DNA from: Patescibacteria group bacterium
Lineage (GTDB): Bacteria > Patescibacteriota > Minisyncoccia > Phycocordibacterales > JBHPGB01
NCBI GenBank assembly: GCA_042571085.1
Contig: JBHPGB010000003.1
Location: 6,261 to 70,260, forward strand
Reading direction: 5' to 3'
DNA length: 64,000 bases
The translations under genes were made by a program, and so were the position numbers. Positions 9,373-18,793 of the stretch are shown piece by piece (the stretch's first letter is position 1; the number at the start of each line of letters is the position of its first letter). The notes below the pieces were generated by a model that was not told the origin of the DNA, made no database searches, and saw nothing but the letters and a program-made list of their open reading frames with translations.

Positions 9373-10743
9373 TTAAAATGAATCAAACTCCTTCTCTCCT
9401 GCATGCTCGCTTTTATCTACGCTAAGGAATGTTGATTTTTTATCATCAAAGTATAGGTCTATTTTTCCTGTAGGACCATTACGGTGTTTTTCTACCAATA
9501 TTTCTGTAACGTTACCGCGGCCAGTGTCGCCTTCGTCATCTTTTTCACGATGAATAAACATAACAACATCGGCGTCCTGCTCAATAGAACCAGAGTCTCT
9601 AAGGTCTGATAGGCGAGGCTTACCACCACGGCTTTCTACGGCACGAGAGAGCTGTGAGAGCGCCAAAACGGGCACATCTAGCTCACGGGCTAAGCCTTTC
9701 AAAGAGCGGGAAATTTCCGTAACCTGATTCACCATGGAATCATAATTCTTGTGCGGTGTGATAAGTTGCAAATAGTCTATGATTATAAGCCCAAGACCGT
9801 GCTCACTCTTAAGGCGGCGTGCGGTAGAGCGCATACTCATCAATGTGTTACCTGGTTTGTCGTCTATATAAATCGGAGCTTTAGAGAGTTTACTGATGGA
9901 CTCTTGTAGCTTTTCAAATTCCTCATCAGCGTTTAGCTTACCTGTGCGCAGCTTCCACGCGTCCACACGTGACTCAGCTGCGAGCATACGACTCACGAGC
10001 TGGTGTGATGCCATTTCAAGAGAGAATACCCCAACAGGAACATTAGAATTAAGCGCAGCTTGGCGTGCGATATCAAGAGCAAAAGCTGTCTTACCAACAG
10101 AAGGTCGTGCGGCAAGAATAATCAAATCTGATTTTTGGAATCCTGCTAATAAATTATCCAAATCATTAAATCCGGTTGGTACGCCACGTACTTCATCTTT
10201 TTTATTATGCAGTCGATCAATTTGATCCCATACTTCGCTAAGTGTTTGTTTGATGCCGACAAATTTTTGTCCAACGGGTGCATTAGTTACTTCAAACACT
10301 TTTTTCTCAGCTTGATCCAAAAGTTCTTCAAGCTCTTGTTCTTCTGCATAACCAAGTTCACCAATATGTAATGATGCGTTTATGAGTCCGCGCATTACAG
10401 ATTTTTTTTGCACTATTTTTGCGTAGTGTATTAGGTTTGATGCAGAGGGTACAGAATTCACTAATTCAGACAAAAATGATCCTCCGCCCGCAGCGTCAAA
10501 TTTTTTCTTTTCCTTAAGTTTTGCTGAAAGAGAAACTAAATCAATCGGTTCGCTTTTTGAAAACAAATCCAACATCGATTGGAAAATGATTCGGTGTTTT
10601 TCTGAGTAGAAAGAGTCGGATGAGATGTAATCAATTGCGTCGTTCATTCCCTCTGGCTTGAGCATAATAGAACCGAGAAGAGCTCGCTCTGATTCTAAGT
10701 TTTGTGGCGGTACGCGTAAATTTGTAGGATTGTTAGTTGCCAT
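9373..10743 (-). CDS. dnaB: Replicative DNA helicase DnaB
   Basis: 456 aa; DnaB N-terminal domain plus RecA-like core with Walker A ARPSVGKTAFAL. Confidence 0.9.
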   Translation of the reverse strand: MATNNPTNLRVPPQNLESERALLGSIMLKPEGMNDAIDYISSDSFYSEKHRIIFQSMLDLFSKSEPIDLVSLSAKLKEKKKFDAAGGGSFLSELVNSVPSASNLIHYAKIVQKKSVMRGLINASLHIGELGYAEEQELEELLDQAEKKVFEVTNAPVGQKFVGIKQTLSEVWDQIDRLHNKKDEVRGVPTGFNDLDNLLAGFQKSDLIILAARPSVGKTAFALDIARQAALNSNVPVGVFSLEMASHQLVSRMLAAESRVDAWKLRTGKLNADEEFEKLQESISKLSKAPIYIDDKPGNTLMSMRSTARRLKSEHGLGLIIIDYLQLITPHKNYDSMVNQVTEISRSLKGLARELDVPVLALSQLSRAVESRGGKPRLSDLRDSGSIEQDADVVMFIHREKDDEGDTGRGNVTEILVEKHRNGPTGKIDLYFDDKKSTFLSVDKSEHAGEKEFDSF

Positions 10744-10837
10744 AGTCCCATTAGTTTAGCACAAAGTGCAATTACCTAAAATTGACGATAGGGTATAAAG
10801 CTGGGGAAGAAAAGTGGATAAGATTTTTGCCAAAAAT

Positions 10838-10870
10838 TAATCGGCTCAACTGGGTTGAGCCGATTAATAT
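10838..10870. terminator. Perfect palindromic hairpin ATTAATCGGCTCAAC tgg GTTGAGCCGATTAAT (member of the GGCTCAAC family), downstream of cysS
   Basis: 15-bp perfect stem; a DnaA-box-like AAGTGGATAAG lies just upstream at about 10811. Confidence 0.6.
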
Positions 10871-10886
10871 GTTCAAGAATATGAGT

Positions 10887-12326
10887 CTATAGTTTGTTAA
10901 TTTTGAAGCTATCATCTAAATCCTTCACCTCGTATCCCATTTCAGCTATTTTGTCTCGTAATTCATCAGATTTTTTGAAGTCTTTCTCTTCTCGAGCTTT
11001 TTGGCGCTCTTGGGCCAGTGCTCCAACCTCCTTTGGAATATCTTCTTTGGTAGTTTTTTGAGTGGCGAGATTCAATCCAAGCACATGATCAAAATCTATG
11101 AGTGTGGCATATTTATCTGCCGGAGAAATTTCAGGGTTTTTTATAAGTTCCCACATAAGTGCAATTGCTTTTGGTGTATCTAGGTCATCATTTATCGCCT
11201 CGGTGAATTTTTCTTTGTAATCCTCATTTATTTTTCCAGACGTGTCGTCAATACTTGAAACAAATGTGTAAAGTTTTCCAAGTGCATTTTGTGCGGCCAT
11301 TAGAGAATCAAATGTGAAATTTATTTTTGTACGGTAATGAGCAGTTAATACTAAGTAGCGGTAGGCTAGGGGATCAAATTCTTTATCAGTAAGAGTTTTA
11401 AGTGTAATAAAATTGCCAGCAGATTTCGCCATTTTTTCTCCACTCACATCTACAAAATCACTGTGCATCCAATAATTTACGAAAGGTTTCCCTGTTGCTG
11501 TTTCACTTTGTGCAATTTCATTTGTGTGGTGTATAGGAATCAAATCAATACCACCTGTGTGTACATCAAAATTTTCTCCAAGATACTTCATACTCATTGC
11601 AGAACATTCTAAATGCCAACCAGGGAATCCTTTACCCCAAGGCGAATCCCACCCCATATCTTTGTTAAATTTCCCAGAAAACTTCCAGAGAGCAAAGTCT
11701 ATAGGATTTTTCTTTTCTGGATTTGTTTCCACACGAGCACCAGCTTTCAAATTATCTATATCAAGCTTAGCGAGTTCACCGTAATTGAGAGCTTGTGAAG
11801 TGTCAAAATACACACCGTCTGAAATAGTGTATGTTGCACCTTTTTCTTCCATGCGTTTTATAAGCTCAATTTGTTCTTTGATGTGCTCTGTTGCCTTTGG
11901 AAAAGTTTGAGGACGCTTTATATTAACAGAGTCTAAGTCTTTAAAAAATTCGGCTGCATAAAAATCGGCAACTTCTTTCATTGCTTCTAGTGTGATTGGT
12001 TTACCTTCGCGCTCCAGTGCCTTAGTCATTTTATCAATCCCTTCGTCGGCGTCGCTTGCCAAATGCCCAACGTCAGTAAGGTTCATTACTTGGTTCACTT
12101 CATACCCATTGTACTCAAACATTCTACGTAAAATATCAGCAAAAATATATGCACGAAAATTACCGATATGCGCGTAATCATAAACTGTTGGCCCACAATG
12201 ATACATACCAACCTTATTTGGTTGGAGTGATTTGAACCCTTCTTTTTCTCTGGTTAGAGTGTTGAATAATTGTATTTGCATAATTAACATAGTACCCGCC
12301 AAACTTTTGTTTCGCAAGCTCCACAA
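10887..12326 (-). CDS. cysS: Cysteinyl-tRNA synthetase (true start probably near 12281, at MQIQLFNTLT)
   Basis: HIGN (YAHIGNFRAY) and KMSKS (KMAKSAGN) class I motifs. Confidence 0.9.
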   Translation of the reverse strand: MWSLRNKSLAGTMLIMQIQLFNTLTREKEGFKSLQPNKVGMYHCGPTVYDYAHIGNFRAYIFADILRRMFEYNGYEVNQVMNLTDVGHLASDADEGIDKMTKALEREGKPITLEAMKEVADFYAAEFFKDLDSVNIKRPQTFPKATEHIKEQIELIKRMEEKGATYTISDGVYFDTSQALNYGELAKLDIDNLKAGARVETNPEKKNPIDFALWKFSGKFNKDMGWDSPWGKGFPGWHLECSAMSMKYLGENFDVHTGGIDLIPIHHTNEIAQSETATGKPFVNYWMHSDFVDVSGEKMAKSAGNFITLKTLTDKEFDPLAYRYLVLTAHYRTKINFTFDSLMAAQNALGKLYTFVSSIDDTSGKINEDYKEKFTEAINDDLDTPKAIALMWELIKNPEISPADKYATLIDFDHVLGLNLATQKTTKEDIPKEVGALAQERQKAREEKDFKKSDELRDKIAEMGYEVKDLDDSFKINKL

Positions 12327-12339
12327 AACTTAGGCGGGT
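12294..12339. terminator. Hairpin ACCCGCCAAAC-[variable core]-AACTTAGGCGGGT between corA and cysS
   Basis: Same arms as 1902..1947. Confidence 0.55.
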
Positions 12340-12394
12340 TAAGAAAATATATTCACTCACTTCGCCGCTTCACGACTTATTCGCTCATTATTTT

Positions 12395-13402
12395 CTACAG
12401 CCATTTTTTATATCTAAAGAAGGCAAACATTGCAAAAGTTGCAAGGAGCATTATAAACATAACAATCCAAAAGTCACCTTGTGCACCAACAATAGGCAGT
12501 GATTTTGTGTTCATTCCAAATATTCCCGCAATTAACGAAAGAGGGAATGTGATAAATGCAACAATCGTCAAAATCTTCATTATTTCGTTTTGTTTGGTAG
12601 ATAGAAGAGAGTCGTTTGTTTTACGCAGCTCAATAAGTGTTTCTCTGTGACCCTCAAGAGTGCTTGCTATTTTGTAATATTCGCCAGTGATTGAGTGTAA
12701 GTAATATGAAAATTTTGCACCGAAGAATTGCGCTCCTGAAATCTCCAATGAGTCTAATACATTTTTATGCAGACGTATTGATTGTTTAAAGTTGAGTAAG
12801 TCACGACTTGTATGAGAAAGAGATTTAACCATCTCACGCTCATGTCCAATGAAAATATTTGACTCTATTAACTCCAGTTCATCATCTATGTGATCTAATT
12901 CTTGTACCAATGATTTGTAAAGTTCTCTCATTAGATAATAAAACACAAAACCGGCATGCTCACCGATATGACTTTTATCTGTAATTGAGCTTACCTCAAA
13001 CATTTTTGAGAAATCGTGAAGCGAATCAATCATCTCATAGTGTGTGGTGATAATAAAATCTTTACCAATAATAAAATCAACTTCTTGTATTTTACTGTCG
13101 CCCTTGTGGTTATGTTGGAATGCAGGGAAGTGTAGAATCAGGTATATGTAATTATCATGCTTGTCTACCTTAGGGCGTAGAGTAGGGGAAAGAAGTTCGT
13201 TTGCTGCAAGTGGGTGGATATTGAACTCCTTCATTATCTCACGCACCTCGTCAGATGTGGGTGATTCCAAATCAATCCAAGTAACTTTTTTGTGTGTATG
13301 TCTTGTTAGCATTTTTTTAATTATATCGTGAGAAAGAGTATAAAACAAACGAATTTTAGAAAGTTGGACTATAAAAATTCCAGATATTGACAATACAATC
13401 AA
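12395..13402 (-). CDS. corA: Magnesium/cobalt transporter CorA (start may be internal, near 13312)
   Basis: 335 aa; two C-terminal TM helices with GMN motif (GIFGMNTKSLP). Confidence 0.85.
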   Translation of the reverse strand: MIVLSISGIFIVQLSKIRLFYTLSHDIIKKMLTRHTHKKVTWIDLESPTSDEVREIMKEFNIHPLAANELLSPTLRPKVDKHDNYIYLILHFPAFQHNHKGDSKIQEVDFIIGKDFIITTHYEMIDSLHDFSKMFEVSSITDKSHIGEHAGFVFYYLMRELYKSLVQELDHIDDELELIESNIFIGHEREMVKSLSHTSRDLLNFKQSIRLHKNVLDSLEISGAQFFGAKFSYYLHSITGEYYKIASTLEGHRETLIELRKTNDSLLSTKQNEIMKILTIVAFITFPLSLIAGIFGMNTKSLPIVGAQGDFWIVMFIMLLATFAMFAFFRYKKWL

Positions 13403-13415
13403 AACATGTTAATAT
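13387..13415 (+). promoter_or_regulatory. Consensus sigma70-type promoter TTGACA-17-TAATAT driving the ctpA leader
   Basis: Exact TTGACA, 17-nt spacer, TAATAT. Confidence 0.6.
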
Positions 13416-13505
13416 GACATCGTGCCTGATGCACAATGTTCTTCCCGGCAAAAGGGGATCTACCAATTTTACAGGTTTGAATTTGAATTAAGGTTTAGAT
13501 AAACT

Positions 13506-13540
13506 CACCGAGTGGCTTATACAGCGCTCGGTGTTTTTTT
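13506..13540 (+). terminator. Intrinsic terminator/attenuator inside the ctpA 5' leader (CACCGAG..CTCGGTG + T7), about 40 nt before the ctpA ATG
   Basis: Hairpin plus T-run lying between the promoter and the start codon. Confidence 0.55.
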
Positions 13541-13578
13541 GTTTTTATACTAGAGGCTTTTCATGATATAATCCCATC

Positions 13579-14832
13579 ATGTTTTCATACAAACGAACAA
13601 TTCTATCTGTCTTGATTTTGGTTGCAATTGGTGGGAGTTTTTTCGCGGGTGTGTATGCAGGATATGAAGGACGACCAGAAGTTGAGAAGGTGACAGCTCT
13701 CCTTGGAAAGGAAGATATGAAGCCAGCGATGGTTGATTTTGACGCATTTTGGAAAGCGTGGAATGTGATAAACGAGAAGTACGTTTCAAATAATGGTGCT
13801 ACGGATCAAGAAAAAGTATGGGGTGCAATTGAAGGACTTGCTTCATCTCTTGATGATCCGTATACAGTATTTTTCCCACCAGAGGAACATAAAATGTTTG
13901 AGAGTGATATCAAGGGAGAATTCCAAGGGGTTGGAATGGAAATAGGTATTCGCGATAATATACTTACTGTAATAGCACCACTTAAAGATACGCCGGCAGA
14001 GCGTGCTGGAATGCGACCTGGGGATATGGTTATAAAAATTGACGATACAATCAGCTCTGATTTAACAATTGATGAAGCGGTGCGACTTATAAGAGGACCA
14101 AAAGGAGAAGAGGTGGTACTTACGATCGTTCGCGAAGGTAATGGCGAGCCTATTGAAATTAGAATTGTGCGCGATGTAATAAAAATTCCAACAGCTGCCA
14201 CAACTTATCATGCAAAAGATGGGTCTGTTGCTGAGGATCCGCAAGCAATATCTGATAGTCCTGTATTTACAATAAGTCTATATAATTTCTCTGCTCAATC
14301 TGCAAATATTTTTAGAGAATCTTTACAAGAATTTGTAGATTCTGGTAAAACAAAACTTATACTTGATTTGCGTGGAAACCCAGGGGGATATTTGGAATCT
14401 GCTGTAGATATGGCCAGCTGGTTCCTTCCAGAAGGAAAAGTTATTGTTCGTGAAAGTCTTGGGAATGGCGAAGAGGGGCGTATTTACAGAAGCAAAGGAT
14501 ATGATATATTCAATGATAATCTGGAAGTGGTAATCTTGGTAAATAGTGGATCTGCCTCAGCTTCAGAGATTTTGGCTGGAGCGCTTTCTGAGCATGATGT
14601 TGCCACAATTGTTGGAATACAAACATTTGGTAAGGGTTCCGTACAAGAATTAGTATCAATTACCAAAGACACATCTTTAAAGGTTACTGTAGCTAGATGG
14701 CTCACTCCAAACGGTGTATCAATTTCAAAGGAGGGGATTACGCCTGATGTGGAAGTTAAAATTACCGCAGAAGATTTTGAGGCTGGTAAGGATCCACAAA
14801 TGGCTAAAGCTATAGAATTATTAACAAATTAA
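13579..14832 (+). CDS. ctpA: Carboxyl-terminal processing protease (S41, PDZ-containing)
   Basis: 417 aa; N-terminal TM, PDZ (GMRPGDMVIKIDD), S41 catalytic region (GNPGGYLESAV, SGSASASEILAGAL). Confidence 0.85.
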   Translation: MFSYKRTILSVLILVAIGGSFFAGVYAGYEGRPEVEKVTALLGKEDMKPAMVDFDAFWKAWNVINEKYVSNNGATDQEKVWGAIEGLASSLDDPYTVFFPPEEHKMFESDIKGEFQGVGMEIGIRDNILTVIAPLKDTPAERAGMRPGDMVIKIDDTISSDLTIDEAVRLIRGPKGEEVVLTIVREGNGEPIEIRIVRDVIKIPTAATTYHAKDGSVAEDPQAISDSPVFTISLYNFSAQSANIFRESLQEFVDSGKTKLILDLRGNPGGYLESAVDMASWFLPEGKVIVRESLGNGEEGRIYRSKGYDIFNDNLEVVILVNSGSASASEILAGALSEHDVATIVGIQTFGKGSVQELVSITKDTSLKVTVARWLTPNGVSISKEGITPDVEVKITAEDFEAGKDPQMAKAIELLTN

Positions 14833-14845
14833 GTAGTCATAAATT

Positions 14846-15292
14846 ATGAAAGTAGTATTATTACAAACAGTGCCGAAGGTTGGCAAACAATATGAAGTAA
14901 AGGAAGTGTCTCGCGGTTTTGCACAAAATTTTCTTTTTCCACAAAAATTGGCAGAAATTGCAACAGAAAAAGCAATGAAAGCAATTGAGAAGAAAAAGCA
15001 AAATTCAGATGCAGAGGCAAAGATTCACGAAGATTTGCTTATAAAAAATATTGTAGATATGAGTGGTGTAACAATCGTTATGCAAGAAAAAGCTAATGAG
15101 AAAGGACACTTATTTGCAGGAGTACATAAAGATGAGATTGTGCCTGAAATCAAAAAACAAACACAATTGGATATTGATCCTGAATCCATTCAGCTTGAAG
15201 AACCGATCAAGGAATTAGGAGAGCATGAAATAGAAGTGAGCGCACATGGCAAGAGTGCTAAGTTCACATTGAAGGTTGAAGAAAAAGCTTAA
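14846..15292 (+). CDS. rplI: 50S ribosomal protein L9
   Basis: 148 aa; N-terminus MKVVLLQTVPKVGKQYEVKEVSRGFAQNFLFP. Confidence 0.9.
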   Translation: MKVVLLQTVPKVGKQYEVKEVSRGFAQNFLFPQKLAEIATEKAMKAIEKKKQNSDAEAKIHEDLLIKNIVDMSGVTIVMQEKANEKGHLFAGVHKDEIVPEIKKQTQLDIDPESIQLEEPIKELGEHEIEVSAHGKSAKFTLKVEEKA

Positions 15293-15305
15293 AAAATTAA
15301 ATATA

Positions 15306-15338
15306 AAAACACCACCGACTATATCGGTGGTGTTTTTA
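15306..15338. terminator. Bidirectional intrinsic terminator (AAAACACCACCGAC tata TCGGTGGTGTTTT) between rplI and the convergent methyltransferase
   Basis: Perfect 13-bp stem with A/T runs on both sides. Confidence 0.8.
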
Positions 15339-16055
15339 TATTTTCTGTGCGTACACTGAAATGGTACGGCGTTTGTTGGCGCGGCCTTTTCTGTCACGAT
15401 GACGATGAGATTTTTTTACTCTGTGAATTGTGAAATGCTCTGCTAGCAATTCATCAATTTCTTGCTGAGTAAACACATGTTCAAGCACGCCTATTCTTGG
15501 GTGGATGTATGATCCTGGCTCATCAGCAGGAAAGTCGCGCAAGAGCTGTTTTGCGTTCAAATCTTCGTCCAATAGAAAAGTCTTGAAGAAGAGCCATGCT
15601 CCAGGTTTTAGTACTCTGTTAATTTCTTCAACTAATTGTTTTCTTCCTGCCTCATTAAGGAAATGAGATGTCATCATATCAAGTACAAGATCTTGCGATT
15701 CGTCTTCTGCTGGAATAGGCTCGGTGATGGAGTGTACTTGAAAGGTAAGTGGTAAATTTTTACTTTGTTTTTGTGCTTGTGATATCGCTTCAGATGATAT
15801 GTCATAACCTAAGCCTTTTGCACCAAATTCCTGTGCAAGGTAAATAAGATTGCGTCCATTTCCACAACCAATATCTAATACACTGATATTTTTATTTAGT
15901 GGCTCTATATTTTTTTGCCTTGCTATCCAGCGCACAAACTTTTCCAAGTCTTCACTTGGATTATTTGAAAGAGTTAGATGTTTGCCACTTTTGTATTCGG
16001 TTTCCCAAAAAGCTTTATTGCCAGTTTTTTTCTTTTTCCCAAATTGTCTTTTCAT
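15336..16055 (-). CDS. Class I SAM-dependent methyltransferase
   Basis: 239 aa; motif I VLDIGCGNGRNLIYLA; substrate unknown. Confidence 0.7.
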   Translation of the reverse strand: MKRQFGKKKKTGNKAFWETEYKSGKHLTLSNNPSEDLEKFVRWIARQKNIEPLNKNISVLDIGCGNGRNLIYLAQEFGAKGLGYDISSEAISQAQKQSKNLPLTFQVHSITEPIPAEDESQDLVLDMMTSHFLNEAGRKQLVEEINRVLKPGAWLFFKTFLLDEDLNAKQLLRDFPADEPGSYIHPRIGVLEHVFTQQEIDELLAEHFTIHRVKKSHRHRDRKGRANKRRTISVYAQKI

Positions 16056-16074
16056 GATTTATTTATACCATAAA

Positions 16075-16107
16075 ACAAAAAACTCAGTGACGAGCACTGA
16101 GTTTTTT
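16075..16107 (-). terminator. Intrinsic terminator after rpmA (CTCAGTG acgag CACTGAG with flanking A/T runs)
   Basis: Hairpin plus T-run on the minus strand. Confidence 0.7.
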
Positions 16108-16109
16108 GC

Positions 16110-16382
16110 TTATTTTACGTTTGCTGTTTTCTTCACAACCGTCTTTCCGTTGAAACTAGTTTTTCTTTTTGTGCCGAACTCAACGATACCATCCTTGAGT
16201 GCGTAAAGTGTGTGATCTCTTCCAACGGCAACGTTCTTTCCTGCCATTATTTTAGTGCCACGTTGACGCACAATAATAGAACCGACTCTAGCTTGCTCGC
16301 CAGCGTATAGTTTTGTTCCTAAATATTTAGGATTTGAATCTCGTAGGTTTTTTGCCGAACCGCCGGCTTTCTTATGTGCCAT
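16110..16382 (-). CDS. rpmA: 50S ribosomal protein L27
   Basis: 90 aa; [22 protein letters not shown] signature. Confidence 0.9.
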   Translation of the reverse strand: MAHKKAGGSAKNLRDSNPKYLGTKLYAGEQARVGSIIVRQRGTKIMAGKNVAVGRDHTLYALKDGIVEFGTKRKTSFNGKTVVKKTANVK

Positions 16383-16830
16383 GGTTTCTTATCTGTTATA
16401 TAATAATATAATAAAAATTATGAATGACAGTATAAAAGAAATCCGTCAAAAAATCAAGCGATTTGGACACTTAGTGGAAAGTAAAGACATTTTCATGGTT
16501 ATGGTGATAATACTAGTCGCTTTTGCATCATTTGGGCTTGGGAGGATGTCTAAGATGGGGGACGGTAGAATACCAGTAAAAATAGAGCATCAAGCGTCTC
16601 TGATGCAGGCAAAAAACACCTCAAATTCGGCCCAAAATGGCGAAAATCAGGGACTCTTGCCTGCAAACGATAAAATGTATGTCGCCTCAAAAAATGGCTC
16701 AAAATACCATTTTCCGTGGTGCTCTGGGGCAAAAAGAATGAAGGAATCTAATAAGATTTGGTTTGCCACAGCTGGGGAGGCTAGGGCCGCAGGATATGGG
16801 CCGGCGGGGAATTGTAAGGGCTTGGATTAG
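16381..16830 (+). CDS. Membrane-anchored hypothetical protein with C-terminal KYHxPxC...EAxAAGYxPxxxC motif (true start probably MNDSIKEI near 16420)
   Basis: 149 aa; one TM; C-terminal Cys/His motif recurrent in small secreted proteins of reduced-genome bacteria. Confidence 0.5.
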   Translation: MVSYLLYNNIIKIMNDSIKEIRQKIKRFGHLVESKDIFMVMVIILVAFASFGLGRMSKMGDGRIPVKIEHQASLMQAKNTSNSAQNGENQGLLPANDKMYVASKNGSKYHFPWCSGAKRMKESNKIWFATAGEARAAGYGPAGNCKGLD

Positions 16831-16862
16831 TTAGTTTGTAATCTAAGATTTAAATAAAAAAA

Positions 16863-16884
16863 GGCGCGGATTGGAGTCCGCGCC
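16863..16884. terminator. Bidirectional terminator GGCGCGGA ttggag TCCGCGCC between convergent genes
   Basis: 8-bp GC stem, preceded by an A-run. Confidence 0.65.
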
Positions 16885-16907
16885 ATGGTACTTATTACTA
16901 TCGTAGG

Positions 16908-17141
16908 TTACGTCTCCAGTCCGTAGTAACTTCCCAAAACAGGTTCTTCAGGTATGTGAATACATTTATGGCTTTCTGTCGACCCCGCGGGCTTTTCTGG
17001 AGAAAAGAATCCACGAAGCTCATCATCAGAAAGATGTGCTGCTGATGACGGCATTTTCTTCATTTTCATAATCATGTCACATAACCATGCGCGGTCTTCC
17101 AGTGTCATTAGCCTATCCTCTGTTGCAAAGTATGGGTTCAT
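16908..17141 (-). CDS. Hypothetical protein (77 aa)
   Basis: ORF only. Confidence 0.35.
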   Translation of the reverse strand: MNPYFATEDRLMTLEDRAWLCDMIMKMKKMPSSAAHLSDDELRGFFSPEKPAGSTESHKCIHIPEEPVLGSYYGLET

Positions 17142-17197
17142 TATATAGAAGGGGTGTGTTTTGTAAAGTTGTGAAATAAGTACGGGATTAGAAATTG

Positions 17198-18370
17198 TTA
17201 TTTTTTTGTCTGCTTCAGCATTATAGTAATTTTTGTTTCTTTCGTTTCAAGAATTTTTTCTTGATCTTCTTTTGATAGGGTAGGAATGAGTTTTTCCAGC
17301 TCTTTTTCATCTGGAGTTAAAATTTCATTGTATTTATCCATTGGTTCTAAAATTTCTCTTGCTTTGTCCAAATCAAATTTTGAGCGAGGGATTTCTGTTT
17401 TTGTAATATAACCATTGTCACCAAAAACACGTCCAAGATTTTGATCTTCCATAAATGAAAGTATTGTCTTGCGTAATTCTGCTAATCGCTTTTTATTTTT
17501 TTCTTCCGTTTCTTTAATTTCAAAAAATTCTTGCGTTGCACTCGCTGCTTCTTTTTCTGTTGGCGTTTCTTCTTTACCAACTTTGTATTCGTGTGCAAAC
17601 ATAGGGCAAATCTGCTTGTGTCCGCACCATCCACATAAGGGTCCTGGAGTAGGAGGGAAGTCACCTTTTTCTATATTTTTTTCAATTGCATGGATTATCG
17701 TCAAAATGCGCTCTTTTGCCCGCTCTAGTTTATCATCCGAATATGTAGCTGAAATTTTATCGTTGTGTTTGAGGAAATAAAGTGATGTTTTGATTTTCTC
17801 AGCTGCAACATGTGGCCATCGTGTTCGAAGAGCTAAGCCGTATAAACCAAGCTGAAGATTGTCTTCAAGTGATTCCTCACTCGGCATTTTTTTGCCTGTT
17901 TTATAATCTATGATTTCGTACTCACCAGTTTCTGGGTTGTTGTCCATGCGGTCTATAAAACCAACTAATGTGTGTTTACCATCCTTACTTTCTTTGTCCT
18001 CAAGTTCAAGAATAAAACGTCCTTCAAGCTCTACCGGATTAAAATTCCACGGTGCGTTTTTTTTGTAAAAATTCTTGAGTATTGTAAGACCTTCATCAAA
18101 ATACATTTTTTGCTCTGCGTCTTTCTTGCTCTCGTCGCGCCACATAATTTTTTCAGACGCGGACGCCCATTTGCTCGTATAAAAATCAATTACTTCATCG
18201 AGAGTAGGGTAGAGAGGGTCGCGTTCAAACATATATTTTAGAGCGCTGTGTACTACCGTGCCAAAAACCTGCTCCACACGTTTTGGAGATTTTAGTTTAT
18301 CAATTTGCTCAAACTTATATCTGAGCGGACACGATTCAAATGAATTCAGAGCTGAATAGGATGTATGCAT
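17198..18370 (-). CDS. PD-(D/E)XK nuclease superfamily protein, Cas4/AddB-nuclease-like with Fe-S cysteines, plus about 140 aa C-terminal acidic/lysine-rich extension
   Basis: N-terminal CPLRYKF; DRMD, EIIDYKTGK and QLGLY motifs; C-terminal CGWCGHKQIC cluster. Confidence 0.7.
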   Translation of the reverse strand: MHTSYSALNSFESCPLRYKFEQIDKLKSPKRVEQVFGTVVHSALKYMFERDPLYPTLDEVIDFYTSKWASASEKIMWRDESKKDAEQKMYFDEGLTILKNFYKKNAPWNFNPVELEGRFILELEDKESKDGKHTLVGFIDRMDNNPETGEYEIIDYKTGKKMPSEESLEDNLQLGLYGLALRTRWPHVAAEKIKTSLYFLKHNDKISATYSDDKLERAKERILTIIHAIEKNIEKGDFPPTPGPLCGWCGHKQICPMFAHEYKVGKEETPTEKEAASATQEFFEIKETEEKNKKRLAELRKTILSFMEDQNLGRVFGDNGYITKTEIPRSKFDLDKAREILEPMDKYNEILTPDEKELEKLIPTLSKEDQEKILETKETKITIMLKQTKK

Positions 18371-18467
18371 GGTCTTAAGTATAAGATATTGAGCATAAAG
18401 TACAAAGCCTATTCAAAAAAAAGGCCAACGCATGTGCGTTGGCCTATGTTTGTAATTTATGGACACC

Positions 18468-18740
18468 TTATTCTGCCGGCCATAAAATTCTATCTTTTAT
18501 ACCTATTCTGTCGACTGCGCTTCTGGGTAGATAATATTCTGAACCAGATATTGAAAAAATAAATATCTCAGTTCCGCATTCGTATTCAAAAAGGCTAATA
18601 TCTCCTTTTTTGACATTTACAACCCCGTAAACTGGTTTAGGGAAAGGAATTTTCCATTTCTTTATACCTTCTTCTGTAAGATATAGAGAAAACCTCGCTT
18701 CTTTTAGTTTAAACAATCGTTCACGTACTGGAGCATTCAT
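18468..18740 (-). CDS. Hypothetical protein (90 aa) with canonical Shine-Dalgarno
   Basis: AGGAGGAGG 9 nt upstream of the ATG. Confidence 0.5.
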   Translation of the reverse strand: MNAPVRERLFKLKEARFSLYLTEEGIKKWKIPFPKPVYGVVNVKKGDISLFEYECGTEIFIFSISGSEYYLPRSAVDRIGIKDRILWPAE

Positions 18741-18793
18741 CGGAGACCTCCTCCTTGGATTTTAATTTTAGCTGTATTACACATTAAATCATT

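Noticed and set aside
3886-10822. Replication origin, suggested by DnaA-box-like 9-mers (TGTGGATAA at 3886, AAGTGGATAA at 10811)
   Set aside because: They are isolated single boxes. There is no cluster, no AT-rich unwinding element and no dnaA or dnaN in the window.
12281-12326. N-terminal 15-aa extension of cysS in the track ORF
   Set aside because: The extension overlaps the conserved-arm hairpin 12294..12339. The alignment-consistent start is MQIQLFNTLT.
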